A DNA stretch of 64,000 nucleotides from Octopus sinensis (lineage: Eukaryota): NCBI RefSeq assembly GCF_006345805.1, contig NC_043007.1:37386001-37450000 (forward strand). The letters are read 5' to 3'. Below, one piece after another: positions 14,109-27,960 of this stretch. The position numbers were made by a program, and so were the translations under genes. The notes under the pieces were generated by a model, which did no database searches, was not told the DNA's origin, and saw nothing but the letters and a program-made list of their open reading frames with translations. Positions within the stretch are counted from its first letter, which is position 1. Every line of letters starts with the position of its first letter.

Positions 14109-14191
14109 AAAAATATAGAAAATGACTGCTGCCTAGTGGACAAGGATGCTTGCATGGGCGGATGTGTGAGCATGCATGCATATCAATCTCC

Positions 14192-14230
<39 letters not shown>

Positions 14231-15467
14231 ATAAAATGTACATACATATGTAACAATACATAGATCATTTTATATATATATATAAAATGTACATATGTAA
14301 GTATACATATATATATATACACACACACATATATATATATGCATAATGTGCACATATATAAATATACATAGATCATATATGTAACTAATACATATATATT
14401 TATGTATGTAGTATATATATTAGTGTGTGAGTATATAAATACATATGCCTATATATATACTCACATACATACAGATTCATTTTTTTAATAACAAATTTTA
14501 CAAATGGAAAAAAAAAAAAGAAAATCAAAAAAAAAAACTTCATTAAAAGATTTCATCTTAATTTGCTCTTCAATTTCTGCCTCCCCACCTCCTTCATTGG
14601 AGCAATAAATACCACGCATACACACAACATATATATGGGGAAACAAAAATATTAAAATTTTTAATTGTTCAGCCTTGCTCCTGGGTCTACAGGGTTGTAC
14701 ATAAGATATATATTCACACACACATGCACATATATACACCTGTATATATGTGTGTGTGTGTTTGTGTATGTATATAATATCCTTAAGTGCCATATTGGTT
14801 GTGTTTTCCTTTGTATGTTTTTATTGTTTTTTTTTTTAGCATTTCATTCTTTTTTAATGCAAATGTTCATTTTATTTCATTAAAACGTTTGTTTTTTTTT
14901 TTTATTTCACCTTCCACTCTCCACCCCGACTCCAACTTTCATCTTTTTTTTTGCTCTGTCCTCCCACTGTGTTAAAATTTCTAATAAGATACACATTTGT
15001 TTTTTTTCATTTTATTTTTGAAATTTTCATTTTCATCATTTTAAGAGATGAAAAAAAATAATAAAACAAACTAAAATTAATTTCATCTTCCTGTCTCCCC
15101 CGTTGCCCTAGTTTCTGTCGCTGACCATTCTGTGGAGAAAGAATTATACAGATTATGCACACAAACGGACACACACATAACATGATCCAGAAGGTCTGTC
15201 TGGTTTGGAATATATAACAATGTTGCTTTGTTTATGCCACTTCTGCTCTCTTTCATACACACACATATATATATATATAGGTGCAGGCATGGCTGTGTGG
15301 TTAAGAAGCTCGTTTTGCAACCACATGGTTTTGGGTTCAGTCCTGGTGTGCAGCACCATAGGCAAGTGTCTTCTTTTATAGCCCCAGGCTTGTGAGTGAA
15401 TCTGGTTGACAGAGGCTGTGTGGAAGCCCATCGTTTGTGTGTGTGTGTGTATATATATAAATGTGTT

Positions 15468-15506
<39 letters not shown>

Positions 15507-18080
15507 TGTGTGTGTTTGTGTTTGGCTCCCACTACAGCTTGGCAACCAATGATGGTTTTTGTACGTCCCTATAACTTTGCAATTTGCCAGAATAGTCTGC
15601 GCTAAAGTAAGTACCATGGTCAATTTGTTTGACTGAACTCATTGAGGCATTTTCAGTGACTGAAAGAAGTAAAACTCTCTTCTGCAGCACACCAAGGCTA
15701 CATCTCTAGTGCTGGTGCCACAATAATATGCACACAATAAAGTGCATTCTTATAAAAGTGATTGGTGTCAGGAAACGCACCCAACTAGAGAAACAATACC
15801 AAAAATACAGCATCCAAGCAAGCTGTCTTTCTCTGACCCATCCATCAGAGCAGTAAGTTAAAATAAAGACAGACTCAGACCGTGACAATCTGTCTCCTTT
15901 ATTTCAGTGTGGAAAGTGGGCACAAAATTACAATGCCAACACATACACAAGCAGGTATATCAGAAAAGATTGTGTGTGTTAGAATTCCTTTTTCATTGCT
16001 TACTGGCTTGAACTCCTGATGTCAAAACTTTATGGCTAATGTAAATTTTCTCATAGATGGTACGGCTGCATGTTCGATGTTATACACGTTTAAAAAAAAC
16101 ATATCTATTGCACTGAGTTCTCCACAAGAAGCATGTGATGAAACTATTTCACTTTTTAAAAAAAAAATTTTTTACTATAGTTAATGTAGTTAATATTAAA
16201 CATTATAATCTTCAATTTGAGACATGGAAAAAGAACCAGGCCTTCTGATCGGATGCAAATCATGTGTATGCCATTTGCTTTTTTTAACCTGGGTGGAAGA
16301 CCAAACGTCCAACCAAGCCTTAAACTACCTCACCCCTTTGAGCTCTCAGACTAGGATTCTGGTTTAAAAGGATAAGGAATAAAGCTCCTTCACATGTCAT
16401 ATACACATAGGGCTGGATTCTCTGGCATATATATTGCCCCCCTGACAGGATGCCAATCTGTCGCAGGAATACTTGTTTTCACCAACTGAGTGGACTGGAA
16501 TAATGTAAAATGAAGTTTTGCTCAAGAACAGAACACATCATCCAATCCAGAATTGAAACCACAATCTTAACATAAGTCTGACGCTCTAACTGCTAAGCCA
16601 TTCTGGTCTGGGGATAACTTAATATCTTGATGTATTATTTCCTATTGCAGCAATCCATGAACCAGTAAGGGAGCCTCTCAGAGTTGTTCACTTTTCTAGA
16701 AACTGCAGCCAAATCCTCCTCAAATCACATAAAAAAAAAAGGCGGGGGGCTGGATCCACTGGGTAGTGTAGTCCTAGATAAGCATGCTGTGGAAGCTTGG
16801 CTGGTCATGATTGGAATGCTGTTTGATGACTGGTCTGCTCAATCGGGGCTGATTTGGGCCATAAATGACGGAAATCACCCATGTCATATCTACCTCTCTT
16901 CATCTCCCCTCTGTCTAAACTCCTTCAATGGCTCTTGATGTACAACCAGTAAGCAGGGGAAAAATGAACTGACAAGCACATATTTTATTTATAAATCGAT
17001 ATGCTTACGTATATTTATATAGTGGTGGGTCCCCTATCATTCGACGATAAGGATTCAGGCAGTCGATTAATCAGCCGAATTACCTGCTCCTGGTTTAATG
17101 CATAAGTGGCTGAATATTCCACAGACATGTGTCGTAAATGTCGTTCTTGGACAGAAGCAGCATGACACTGTGTATGACAAGGCTTATGAATTGCAGGTCT
17201 ACCTGACGCCCCTTTTACTGTTTCTGTCCAACCAATTTCACTCACGAAGAATAGGTTGTCTCGAAGCTGTAAAAACCAATACATTTATCCTATTGATATG
17301 CAGTAGGATTGAACCTGGGACCTTATGGTTGCAAAGTGAACCTCCAAACCAATCAGCCATTCTGCACCTACATATTTATGTAAAGTGACGATATATATGA
17401 AACAGATGGATGTCTCGTAAATAAGGTTGCATGTTTTATATTAAAAACTTGATTAAAACATAAAAAAAGGAAACGAAAACAAAATCGTTTACATTAAAAT
17501 TTTAGCTGTTAATTCCTTTATATTATATAAGTTCATTTGTTGTTGTTGTTTTTTTTTCTCAGCTGTATTTTAAGGTTTTCTGTACTTAACGTTATTTATC
17601 AAAATAACACCAAATCTCCGTTAAGTTACCTCCCTTGGAAAAGGGAAGCCGCAGATAATGTAGTCCGATATACACCATTTCGGTAAAGTGAATATAGAGA
17701 ATCATGGCTTGAATGAATTTGGTTTGTTACGGATGGGATGGTGTCAAACACCAATACTAGGTATTTACTTTTAGCTACAATATACATGTCACAGGGCCAT
17801 CAAAGACAAAACATACCTTATAGATGAATATAAATCTGAGCCGATGACAGTTTATAAAATAAGTTTGAAGGATTGATACTACATTTACATAGACGGAAAC
17901 TGAAAGCCTAGTGCATGTTATTTTAATTCTGTTGAAGGTATTTTAAATCACTAAAAAAATTCTAAAACTTTTAAATAAATACGTGTACAACATCGATTGT
18001 TCAGAACCTATAGTTCCAAATCCGTTCTGGATGACAGATTTTTCTTGAACCAGGGGTGGTCACTTTAGTCAACATAATTT

Positions 18081-18302
18081 TTAACCCTTTAGTATTTACA
18101 CCAGCCATGTCGGGTCCTAATATTTTACCTGTTTTATGTACACACTGGCAAGATCAGTCTTCTCACACCTACCTTACAATGTCATTTTAAAAAAACAGTC
18201 ACATCATTAAAATTTCAAAGTTACAAGATAATGCATGATTAATTCAAAATGATTTGAATAAATAAGCATTACATTTGACTAATCTGAATGCTAAAGGCTT
18301 AA
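18081..18302. mobile_element. TTAA-flanked (piggyBac-type) MITE
   Basis: TTAACCCTTT...ctaaaggcTTAA. Same family as 1367-1595. Confidence 0.6.
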
Positions 18303-19149
18303 ATGAAATATTGGTGCTGTATGTTAGTATAAATAATACAAGTTTATTAATGTTATTGGGATACCCAGGCTGATTGATTGGGTCAAGAAGTACATGTTGA
18401 AAGGACTTTGAGGCTGATCCTTCAGCCCAAAGGAACAAATGTTGTGAATGGTTGGTTTTTGAAGTGTAATAGCTAATCAGAGATCGTCTTTCAGTAGATG
18501 TATGTCAATAGAAAACAAATTTTGGTCATTTTGGCTACACATTCCAAAGCACCATGTGTCTCAAAAGGGTTAATACTGTACTGTGCAAGGTGCCAATAAA
18601 CTAGTCTGGTGGCTTCAGGAATTAGAAGTTCCTGTTCTTAAATTAGTGCAGATTATAAGAGACTCCAGACCACCAGTGTCTGGAAAGTTGGTGTTGTATC
18701 TTTATATTGGTAGGCGACAGACTAAATAATAGGACCACAGTAATTTGACTAAAGTACCCCACAAAAGCTATATTTTTGCTCTTGAGTCTTTAAGAATGTG
18801 TAAGTAGATGACATTCAATATGTGGCAATTGGGAAAAGGATTCTCATTATTGGTGGTAGGATTTTAATTTTTAGACGTAGCTGTAAGGTTAAAAAGTATG
18901 CTTCCCAACCACATAGTTCTGAGTTCTGTCCCACTGTGTGACGCCTTGGACAAGTCTTCTATTATAGCCTCAGGCTGACCAAAGCCTTTGAGATTTGGTT
19001 GACAGAAACTAAAAGAAACCTGCTGTGTGTGTATGTATTAATAGGCACTCTATTGGTTGCAACAACAAATGTTCCAGTTGATCCAATGACCAGAACAGCC
19101 TGCTTGTAAAGTTAATGTGCAAGTGGCTGAGCGCATCACATACACACAC

Positions 19150-19515
19150 GGAGCGGCTGTGTGATAAGTAGCTTGCTTACCAACCACATGATTCCGGGTT
19201 CAGTTCTACTGCGCGGCACCTTGGGCAAGTGTCTTCTATTATAGCCTCGGGCCGACCAAAGCCTTGTGAATGGATTTAGTAGACGGAAACTGAAAGAAGC
19301 CTGTCATATATGTGTGTCTGTGTTTGTCCCCCCACCATCGCTTGACAACCAATGCTGATGTGCTTACGTCCCTGTAACTTAGCGGTTCAGCAAAAGAGAC
19401 CGATAGAATACTAGGCTTACAAAGAATAAGTCCTGGGGTCGATTTGTTCGATTAAAGGCGGTGCTCCAGCATGACCGCAGTCAGATGACTGAAACAAGTA
19501 AAAGAAAGAATAAAA
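19150..19515 (+). mobile_element. SINE family A
   Basis: ggagcggctgtgtgataag...gactgaaacaagtaaaag. Confidence 0.85.
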
Positions 19516-20501
19516 GAATATATATATATATATCTGTCAGTTTCTTGGCAGATTGTTTAAGTTTGTTGGTTGCTCTTCAGAGAAGGCTAACCCTTTTTCT
19601 TCTCAAAAGAAAAGTAAAGAATATTGAACTGTTTTATGAAGCAATCGTTAAGTTCTCACTGCAGAGGTTAGATTAATTTATGTTTGCACTTTTGATGGTT
19701 CACCTTTTAACAATATATATTTTATGCACAAAACGGCCTAAGTGAGAAAGGGTGAGTTAAATTTAAGTATTTGAAATTCTAAGTTTTAGAGGATATATGA
19801 AAAGGCAGATACGTTTTTGCTGATAGGTTTTCTGATATCTAAATATATTTCAATCCCGATTCAAGTTGTGTTGAACATTATATGCATCTGTATACTTACA
19901 ATCAATGACCTGACACCGTAAAGAACAACTATGCAAATTACGCTATCCACTATGGTGACAACCTAGTTTACGACTGCTTTGTAAAGTAAATGAATGTTCT
20001 TTGTTGGTGATTGAGGATGGAAGCTTAATATGTTTTCTCTGACGAGCGTTACAATATGTGAAAAAGTCCGTCAAAAGATTCCCACACGCGCACACTTTTT
20101 CTTCTTCAAAAGCTAAGAATGTGCTTGTATTTTTGCACGTTCTCTTCCACTAAGGCTTTCTTATATTAGCGTCCATGCGCGGTAAACGCAACTCTGCCAT
20201 TTACTGCGTTACTCGTCGTGAGGTAACATCTCTTGCGAACCTGCTTTGTTAAAAATAAATATCGGAGAGAGATGGAAATCATCCCAGCAGTGTCAAGTTT
20301 TCGTCCAGGCTGCGAGTGCATGTCATTGAAAAAGCCGAGATGTTTCTGTCATTTTCGCTGGCCGTTGCTGGTATGACTTTCGCCTGCCTCCGATATTGTA
20401 TTTTTAAGACAGCACGTCTATGAGAGATGTTATCTCGGGAATAACACTACTATGGCTGGCCTGTCAATGGTGCATATCTACTAAGCATGATGTATATAGA
20501 A

Positions 20502-20997
20502 CTAGCAGTATCGCCCGGCGTTGCTCAGGTTTGTAAGGGAAATAACTATATAAGCATTTTTAGAGAGTTACTTCCCTTATAGATGCCAATTCGGGCTTTC
20601 TTAGCCATTTCTGTTTTGGTGTCTTCAAGCCATGAAGTCGTTCTAAAAGAACGCTGGTCTCCTAGACAACGCTTTACGACGTTGATTTCCTTACACTCCC
20701 TTCCCCACAGCTTCACGAGGGAGGGAAGAAGGGGGAGAAGCAAACAGGTGCAGGTGTGACCATGGACGCCAACTCCGCCGCCATCGACACACGAAAAATT
20801 ATGCATTAAAATGGAATAAAAAATGTTAAATTATTTTTAAAATCGTAGACGCGCGCTAATACTCAGACGGGCTCGATATGAACCACGACTATAAGATACC
20901 CGAATTTGGTTAAACTGCACCGCAAAATGTGGGAGTAGTTAGGAATCTAAATCGAAGGGGACAGACACTCACACAACTACAGTTTTATATATATAGA
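20502..20997 (-). mobile_element. Non-autonomous Helitron (496 bp)
   Basis: A|TCTATATATATAAAA...CCTGAGCAACGCCGGGCG-ATACTG-CTAG|T. TC/CTAG ends, subterminal hairpin, inserted in an AT dinucleotide, no TSD. Confidence 0.85.
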
Positions 20998-21580
20998 TAT
21001 GTGTGCGTGAGAAAAATGTACTTGTATATATGAATATTTGTTAGTATTCTTCAGAGGTCGCTAGTTTCTAACAGAGGAACAGAATCTTCATCATTGCAAT
21101 TTGTTGAGTAACAGCATTAATATTTTCGCTGGTCCACTTATAGAGTATATATGTAAAGTGCGTGACTTAGACATTTAATAACATACGTGACTGCACCAAT
21201 GATTTTGGTTTAAATGTGAATTTATAATAAGGTTAGAGGAGTAGAATGTTTCCAAGCAATTGTCCACATATTCTCATCGATTTTATTATTATTTGGTGTT
21301 CACATCTGTAGGGCAGCTAACCTCTATGCTTATACAAAAGTTTCCTTTTCAATCCTCAATAACTATATCAGGCCTATTTGCACTTGGTAGAAGATTAATG
21401 AGAATGTTTCTCTAACATTGTGTTTATATATATATGTATGTATATACATATACAAATAATATATGGGATTCGTATGTTCGTGTGAATATTATATATACAT
21501 ATATATATATATAAGAAATTTTTGCATAATAAGATAAAAAACCAAGGCTGTGTAGATATTAGAGCATTTATAGATAGAAG

Positions 21581-21632
21581 GTCTTACACCTGTTTCTAGG
21601 ATATTTATTAATATTATTCCTTCATCAGAGAC
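21581..21632 (-). ncRNA. Type I hammerhead ribozyme-like motif
   Basis: GTCT-CTGATGA-AGGA(16 nt)TCCT-A-GAAAC-AGGT-GTA-AGAC. 4-bp stems I and II, GUA triplet, one extra A before GAAA. Confidence 0.5.
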
Positions 21633-22155
21633 GGTGTGAGAGGAAAAAATTAAGTCATAGTTAGTTTAGATGTGATACAAAATGAAGAGTGAGGTGGAGG
21701 AAAGAAAATATATGCAAGATATGTATGGGTATTATACATATATATGTGTGGTGTATATGTCTATATAGACAAAAATGTGCGTGTGGTGTATATGTATGTA
21801 TAGATAGATATTAATCACCGCCGAAGATTCCCGACAGTCTCTCTAAAATTGTGGTTCTGTCAGTTTAGTTTTCAGTTGCTAATTTAAACAGGGTGCAGAA
21901 CTCTTCCTGTAAACTTGTAGTTATTTGCATATTAGATCTTGTGTGCCTGTCCATTGTCAAAACAGATTATCATGTCCTCCTGCCAATATTCTAGTTTACC
22001 GTTGTCTGCCAGGTTGAACTACTGTATGCCCACAGGGAATACACAGGTTTATGAAGGTTGATCCTTTCCTCATATCCCTGACAGGGGTGGCTAAACGGGT
22101 ACTATGCTCTGCGGAAGGCATAGTATGCAGAGCACAGTTGTCATTCTGTGAGCTT

Positions 22156-22386
22156 GGCGGCGAGCTGGCAGAACCGTTAGCACGCCGAGCGACATGCTTA
22201 CCGGTATTTCGTCTACCGCTACGTTCTGGGTTCAAATTCCGCCGAGGTCGACTTTGCCTTTCATCCTTTCGGGGTCGATTAAATAAGTACCAGTTACGCA
22301 CTGGGGTCGATATAATCGACTTAATCCCTTTGTCTGTCCTTGTTTGTCCTCTCTATGTTTAGCCCCTTGTGGGCAATAAAGAAATA
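22156..22386 (+). mobile_element. tRNA-type SINE family B
   Basis: GGCGGCGAGCTGGCAGAA head, B box GGTTCAAATTCC, tail TTTAGCCCCTTGTGGGCAATAAAGAAATA. Further copies near 11705, 23587, 27970, 43833, 46908, 54490-55100 and 58390. Confidence 0.85.
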
Positions 22387-24292
22387 AGATATCTGCTTCG
22401 ACAAGCACACTGAATGAAATGGATAAAATTAGATTGTGGTCTCTTCGTTCGGAAGCAAAGAATTGATTCTGCATCTCATGGGTTTTGTTCTGCGCGTGTC
22501 TCACTATATCTCCCCGTTTCACTTTTTTTTGTTCATTTTTTCTCCTGCTGTTCTCTATTACAAAACACGTCATACCCGTAAGCTCTAATGAGAGCGAATC
22601 TAAAACCTCTGACTGATTCAGCAGTGAATAATAATAATAATAATAATGATAATCCTTTCTACTTAAGGCACAAGGCTTGAAATTTTGGGGTGGGGGACGA
22701 TTATATGGACTCCAGTGTTTCACTAGTACTTAATTTATCGAACCCGAAAGGATGAAAGGCAAAGTCAACCTCGGTGGAATTTGAATTCAGAACGTGAAGA
22801 CGGGCGAAATACCGCTAAGCATTTCGTCCAACGTGCATAAAGAAACATGAGAAAAGCAACATTTTTTTCTCTATGAAGAAATACAAAAATATACAAACTA
22901 TAAAGCAGTTTGAAGTAAAATATTTAATTAAGGACAAGCAACAGAAAAATGTAGGAAAAAGACAAAGATATACTGAAGACAAAATGGAGAGAATATCTTT
23001 CCGTTGCCAATATCTCACACAAAAACTTTGACAGGGTGGAAGTAAGCAAGAGTGACAAACAACAATGGTTGGAAAACCCTGAACTCAAAACAAACAGTCT
23101 GTGTCTAGCAGTACAAGTGCAATGTCTAGTCACAAACAGCTAGAAAAATCAAGTAATGGGTGGTGGTGGTGGCAGGAAATGATGCTAAAATCAAGAAGAG
23201 ATTACGCAATTAGGAGAAAGAGACAATTTACCACAATATATCGGGTTGCATAATCATTGCTAATTTCAAATATAATTATAGACACGGTCATGTCAATAGG
23301 AAATATGCCGAGAGTTTCGGTTGATCCGATCAACAGAACAGGCTGCTTGTGAAATTATCGTGCAAGTGGCTGAGCATTCTACAGACACACGTACCCTTAA
23401 CGTAGACCTTTTCGAAGATTCATCGTGACGCAAAGTGTGACGATGCTGGCCCTCTTTGAATTACAGGTACAACTCATTTTTGCCAGCTGAATGGACTGGA
23501 GCAATGTGAAATACAATGTCTCTTTGAGGGACACAACGCACCGCCATGAATCGACCTCGCGACCATACGATCGTGGGGCGAATACCTATTTCTTTATTAC
23601 CCGCAAGGGGCTAAACACAGAGAGGACAGACAAACGGATTAAGTCGATTATATCGACCCCAGTGCGTAACTGGTACTTATTTAATCGACCCCGAAAGGAT
23701 GAAAGGCAAAGTCGACCTCGGCGGAATTTGAACTCTGAACGTAGCAGCAGACGAAATACCGCTAAGCATTTCGCCCGGCGTGCTAACGTTTCTGCCAGCT
23801 CGCCTACCACTAACCGCAAAGTCACGCGCCTTCACTAGCACAACTCTGTACAAGAAAAGAAACTCTATTGCCAGAAGCAACAAAACAAACCCACAAAAAC
23901 CGACAATAACTAATCACAGGTCTTAGATGCATCATATACCCTAGTATTCATAAGGACGGAGCTTAACTTGGTTTCTATGCTTTATAAGTGATCGAGGCCA
24001 CGACCATGCCTCACTCTGGAAAGGGCTGCTGGTCCGTCGTAACGTTAACTTCCTTGACATTGAAAGAGCTCGTTTACAACTGAGTGGATAATGAAGTGTT
24101 TTGTACATCAAGTGCCGCCTGCTCAAGGAAGGGAGACCATGATCTTCGGTCGTAAGTGCAACTCCCTTAACACTGTCACGTGCTTTCACAAACACGTGTT
24201 TATATCCCCAAAAGACTGCTGCATACATCACAAGGACGCAACTAGTGAAGTCGTAAAAATTCTCATAAAACTCGAAAAGAAAAAAAAATAAG

Positions 24293-24456
24293 AGGCGCAG
24301 GAGTGGCTGTGTGGTAAGTAGCTTGCTAACCAATCACATGGTTCCGGGTTCAGTCCCACTGCGTGGCATCTTGGGCAAGTGTCTTCTGCTATAGCCCCGG
24401 GCCGACCAATGCCTTGTGAGTGGATTTGGTAGACGGAAACTGAAAGAAGCCTGTCG

Positions 24457-24489
<33 letters not shown>

Positions 24490-24680
24490 TTGTGTCCCCC
24501 CCCCCCCAGCATTACTTGACAACCGATGCTGGTGTGTTTACGTCCCCGTCACTTAGCGGTTCGGCAAAAGAGACCGATAGAATAAGTACTGGGGCTTACA
24601 AAGAATAAGTCCCGGGGTCGATTTGCTCGACTAAAGGCGGTGCTCCAGCATGGCCGCAGTCAACTGACTGAAACAAGTAA
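24293..24680 (+). mobile_element. SINE family A
   Basis: Full-length copy, inverted relative to 24962-25346. Confidence 0.88.
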
Positions 24681-24833
24681 AAGAGTAATAGTAAACTCGG
24701 TAAAACATAGATAACATTTAAAGGAAATAGTAAACAAGGAAAGCATAAATAACGAATACAAAGAAAATAATACGCTGTTAAAGTACAAATAACGATCGCA
24801 AAGGAAATAATACACAAGGAAAATACAAAGGAA

Positions 24834-24958
24834 ACAAGAAAAGCACTCGGAGAGCGCAGACCTCCGCCAAGCAGCTCATTTCCATCCATATACACGCTTG
24901 CTGAAAATCGCCCAATTTCCCAAACCAACGCCGGCAGAAACATAACCTCCTTGGCGGG
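24834..24958 (+). mobile_element. Helentron-associated (HINE/DINE-like) short element
   Basis: Subterminal inverted motif CCTCCGCCAAG (24861) / CTTGGCGG (24950). The 3' aaacataacctccttggcgg motif is shared with 26810-27052. Confidence 0.5.
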
Positions 24959-24961
24959 TTT

Positions 24962-25346
24962 TTTTCTTTTCTTTTTCCTTTTATTTGTTTCAGTCATTTG
25001 ACTGCAGCCATGCAGGAGCATCGCCTTTAGTCGAGCACATCGACCCCGGGGCTTATTCTTTGTAAGCCTAGTACTTATTCTATCGGTCTCTTTTACCGAA
25101 CCGCTAAGTGACGGGGACGTAAACACACCAGCATCGGTTGTCAAGCGATGTTGGGGGGACAAAAACAGACACACACATATCTACATATATACGACGGCTT
25201 CTTTCAGTTTCCGTCTACCAAATCCACTCACAAGGCTTTGATCTGCCCGAGGTTATAGTAGAAGACACTTGCCCAAGGTGCCACGCAGTGGGACTGAACC
25301 CGGAACCATGTGGTTGGTAAGCAAGCTACTTACCACACAACCACTC
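24962..25346 (-). mobile_element. SINE family A
   Basis: Full-length copy. Confidence 0.88.
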
Positions 25347-26164
25347 TGGGTTAAAAAAAATATCACCACCATATGATTAAAAAAACCCTTTAAAAACAGG
25401 AATCATCTGAAGCAGTTATAATAACACCATTACCCACCCACCACAACCAGCAGCATGTCACCACACCACTAGTACTACCACCATCACTACAACCGCCCAG
25501 CAGGAGCCACACGACGACCACCACCACCACCACCACCATCATCACTACCACCACAACTATCCAACCACTATCACCATCATCATCAGCAGCAGCATTGTCA
25601 TTGCTTCCACTTCAACCACATGCACTACCATCAACGTTATCGTGACAGTTAGCTAGACAGTCACTTTCACCACCACAACCAGTATAACCACTACAATACC
25701 ACCATCACACAACTAACACTATCATCAACACCTCTATTGCTACCATCACCTCAGCATCACACATCACCACTGCTCCTGTCGCCGTTATAACCACCGATAC
25801 TATTTCATCCTCCTCCCCCCATACTTATCTCGACCATCATCAACACTGTCTCTGCTTTCACCACAATCACCGTCAAAACTACGATCACCACAATCAGTTT
25901 CTTTACACTGTTGAGTATCCATTATCCGATATTCATGGGACTGAGATTGTTGCAGATTTTTGATTTTTCTAATTTCAGAGTGCTTTATTAAAAAAAAAAT
26001 TTGCATCTACAAAACGGAACAGTTTGAAGATAGAAACCAGGTCTGGACACAATAGCTAATAGACATACTCTGAATGTAGTTCTATATAAATCTTTAATAA
26101 TTTTTTTATATACGTAAGACCATCAGAAATGTTAAGATATCAACCTCTACCCATGTTGTCATGA

Positions 26165-26760
26165 TTTGGTTAAAAGGTTACAGCATAGATTAGATTACTT
26201 AGATAAGTTTCGGCCGAAGTTGACTCAGACCATGTCTAATTTGATAGCACCATCTGGAAGAGATACACAGTCGGCTCTGGGGAACCGTAGCCCATTCAAG
26301 CAGAGGGTTATTGTTTTCAGAGACATATCTGGGTGTGGGTGGTTTATCTGGTATTTGTTGGGGGATAATCATCTAGGGATCGTTTGAATGCTGTGAAGTC
26401 ACTTTCCTCCTTTATGTGTGTCTGGCACAATGTTGAAGAGAGCAAGGCCATTTGAGGTGAAATAGTTCAGTTATCGTGTTGTGATACGGCACGGACATTT
26501 CCGTAGTGGACAGATGGCACGCGGGCCAAGCCTCGGATGAATTTTAAAGATGGGCAATGTTGATGGAATATTTTCCACATCATACAGATGATATAGAGTT
26601 CACAGCGGCGGTGGAGGGAGCAAAGCCTGAGTCGATTCCAATAGTCAAGGCTTATCATGTCATCCTCCTCAGACCTCCAGCAAGCAGCTCATTTTTAGAC
26701 AGATACGCGAGTAAAATTACCAATAGAGAAACGAAAATAAACTTTGGAAACAGCAACACC
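26165..26760 (-). mobile_element. CR1/L2-clade LINE 3' fragment
   Basis: Frameshifted ...HIKEESDFTAFKRSLDDY..(PD.P)..NNPLLEW matches the CR1-type LFN.lP..I....FK..LD.yl..iPD.P end. Short (CTAAT)n tail. Confidence 0.65.
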
Positions 26761-26809
26761 ACCATAAGTTAGGTGGAAAGGATGAACGTGTTTTCAAGGG
26801 AGATAATCA

Positions 26810-27052
26810 GAGAATGTAACATTGTAATACTTCATGAAAAGTAAATATAACAAAGGAAAAATCCTTCAAGAATCCATAAAAATTCCCGGATCACTACCAA
26901 AATTTCATCATCTGTTCTGTGTGTCATTACCAACTTTTCCTGCAAGTTTCATCATATACCGTTCAAAACTTTTTGAGTTATTTTGCTCACAGACGGACAA
27001 ACGGCCAAACCAACGCCGATGAAAACATAACCGCCTTCCTTGGCAGAGGTAA
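26810..27052 (+). mobile_element. Helentron-associated element, 3' part
   Basis: Ends aaaacataaccgccttccttggcagaggtaat with an internal acagacggacaaac tract typical of DINE-like elements. Confidence 0.45.
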
Positions 27053-27114
27053 TTATACACATGGAAAGCTCAAATAAGGAGCACAAAGAAAATTATATAC
27101 AACGAAAGTACAAA

Positions 27115-27960
27115 TACGAGGGTAGGTTGAAAAGTTCATAGGCCGATTATGAAGGAGTTATGCTAGAGTTGTGGAATCTTGTACGTGTAGTGATGCTGCT
27201 GTGTAAGGTTCAGCGTACATGCGCAGAATAGGATTACTTCCGGTTGGCCACCGGAAGTCTTCCTCATGCGCATGTGCAGGAAAAGACCCCTAAAACGCGG
27301 TTCGCTAACTCATCCTTTCTGGCCCAAGCAGCGCTCGAGAACGGACGTGTCTGACTGTCTCTCTGAGGACTTCATCCCAACCAAGCGGGAGCGAACCCGA
27401 CGAATCGTTTGACTAACAACAAGAAAGCGAGCAATCAGTACTGCAGATTCGGCTGTCGGTTTCCCACTAGAGAACACGTGCACCAGTTCTTGATTGTGAC
27501 GAGAAATAAACAACCATTTTACTGTGATCGTAGACCGCCTGACTTTGTCTCTGTTATTCTACCTAAATTGAATGTGAGGGGATCAGATCGGACACCCCTC
27601 CAGTGATACCGAACCTGAGCCTGTTACATACGCATTAATTTCAACTCTTCTCATAAATAACTGCATAGTTTCTTTTCAGGTAAACTGACGTTTCACTGTT
27701 CAAAGAATTTCAAAAGTAACAAGCAGCACCTTCTCTCGAAAATGGACAAAATGTGACATCGTGATGTTATCAAGTACTTAGAGAAAATGGTTTAGTTTTC
27801 GAGGACATTCATGCTGACATGGTTGCTGCAGCTTTATCAACAACGCAAAATTGGGCAGTGAATTTAGGATGGGAAGGGAGATTCTTGAAGATGACCCAAG
27901 GTTTGGACGTCTTACAACTGCTACCACCGAGGAAAACATTGTGTTCACCACAATGAATTT
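27115..27960 (+). mobile_element. Mariner (DD34D-type) 5' fragment, interrupted by a solo LTR
   Basis: TA+CGAGGG TIR-like start at 27115. Frameshifted MDK..HR.VIKYL.K..IHADMVA...EDDPR.GR..TATTEENI from 27742. Confidence 0.75.
27186..27628. mobile_element. Solo LTR (443 bp), 4-bp TSD TACG
   Basis: TGTAG...TTACA termini, TACG at 27182-27185 and 27629-27632, internal AATAAA. Confidence 0.8.

Noticed and set aside
18085-18569. Single ~490-bp TTAA-CCCTTT...AAAGGG-TTAA element
   Set aside because: Comparison with 1367-1595 shows the unit ends at 18302, so the later AAAGGGTTAA probably belongs to another copy.
24293-24370. tRNA gene calls for SINE heads
   Set aside because: A/B boxes run directly into repeat bodies present in many copies, with no complete cloverleaf.
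24596-25174. 192-aa - strand ORF
   Set aside because: Spans SINE and HINE sequence, a chance open frame.
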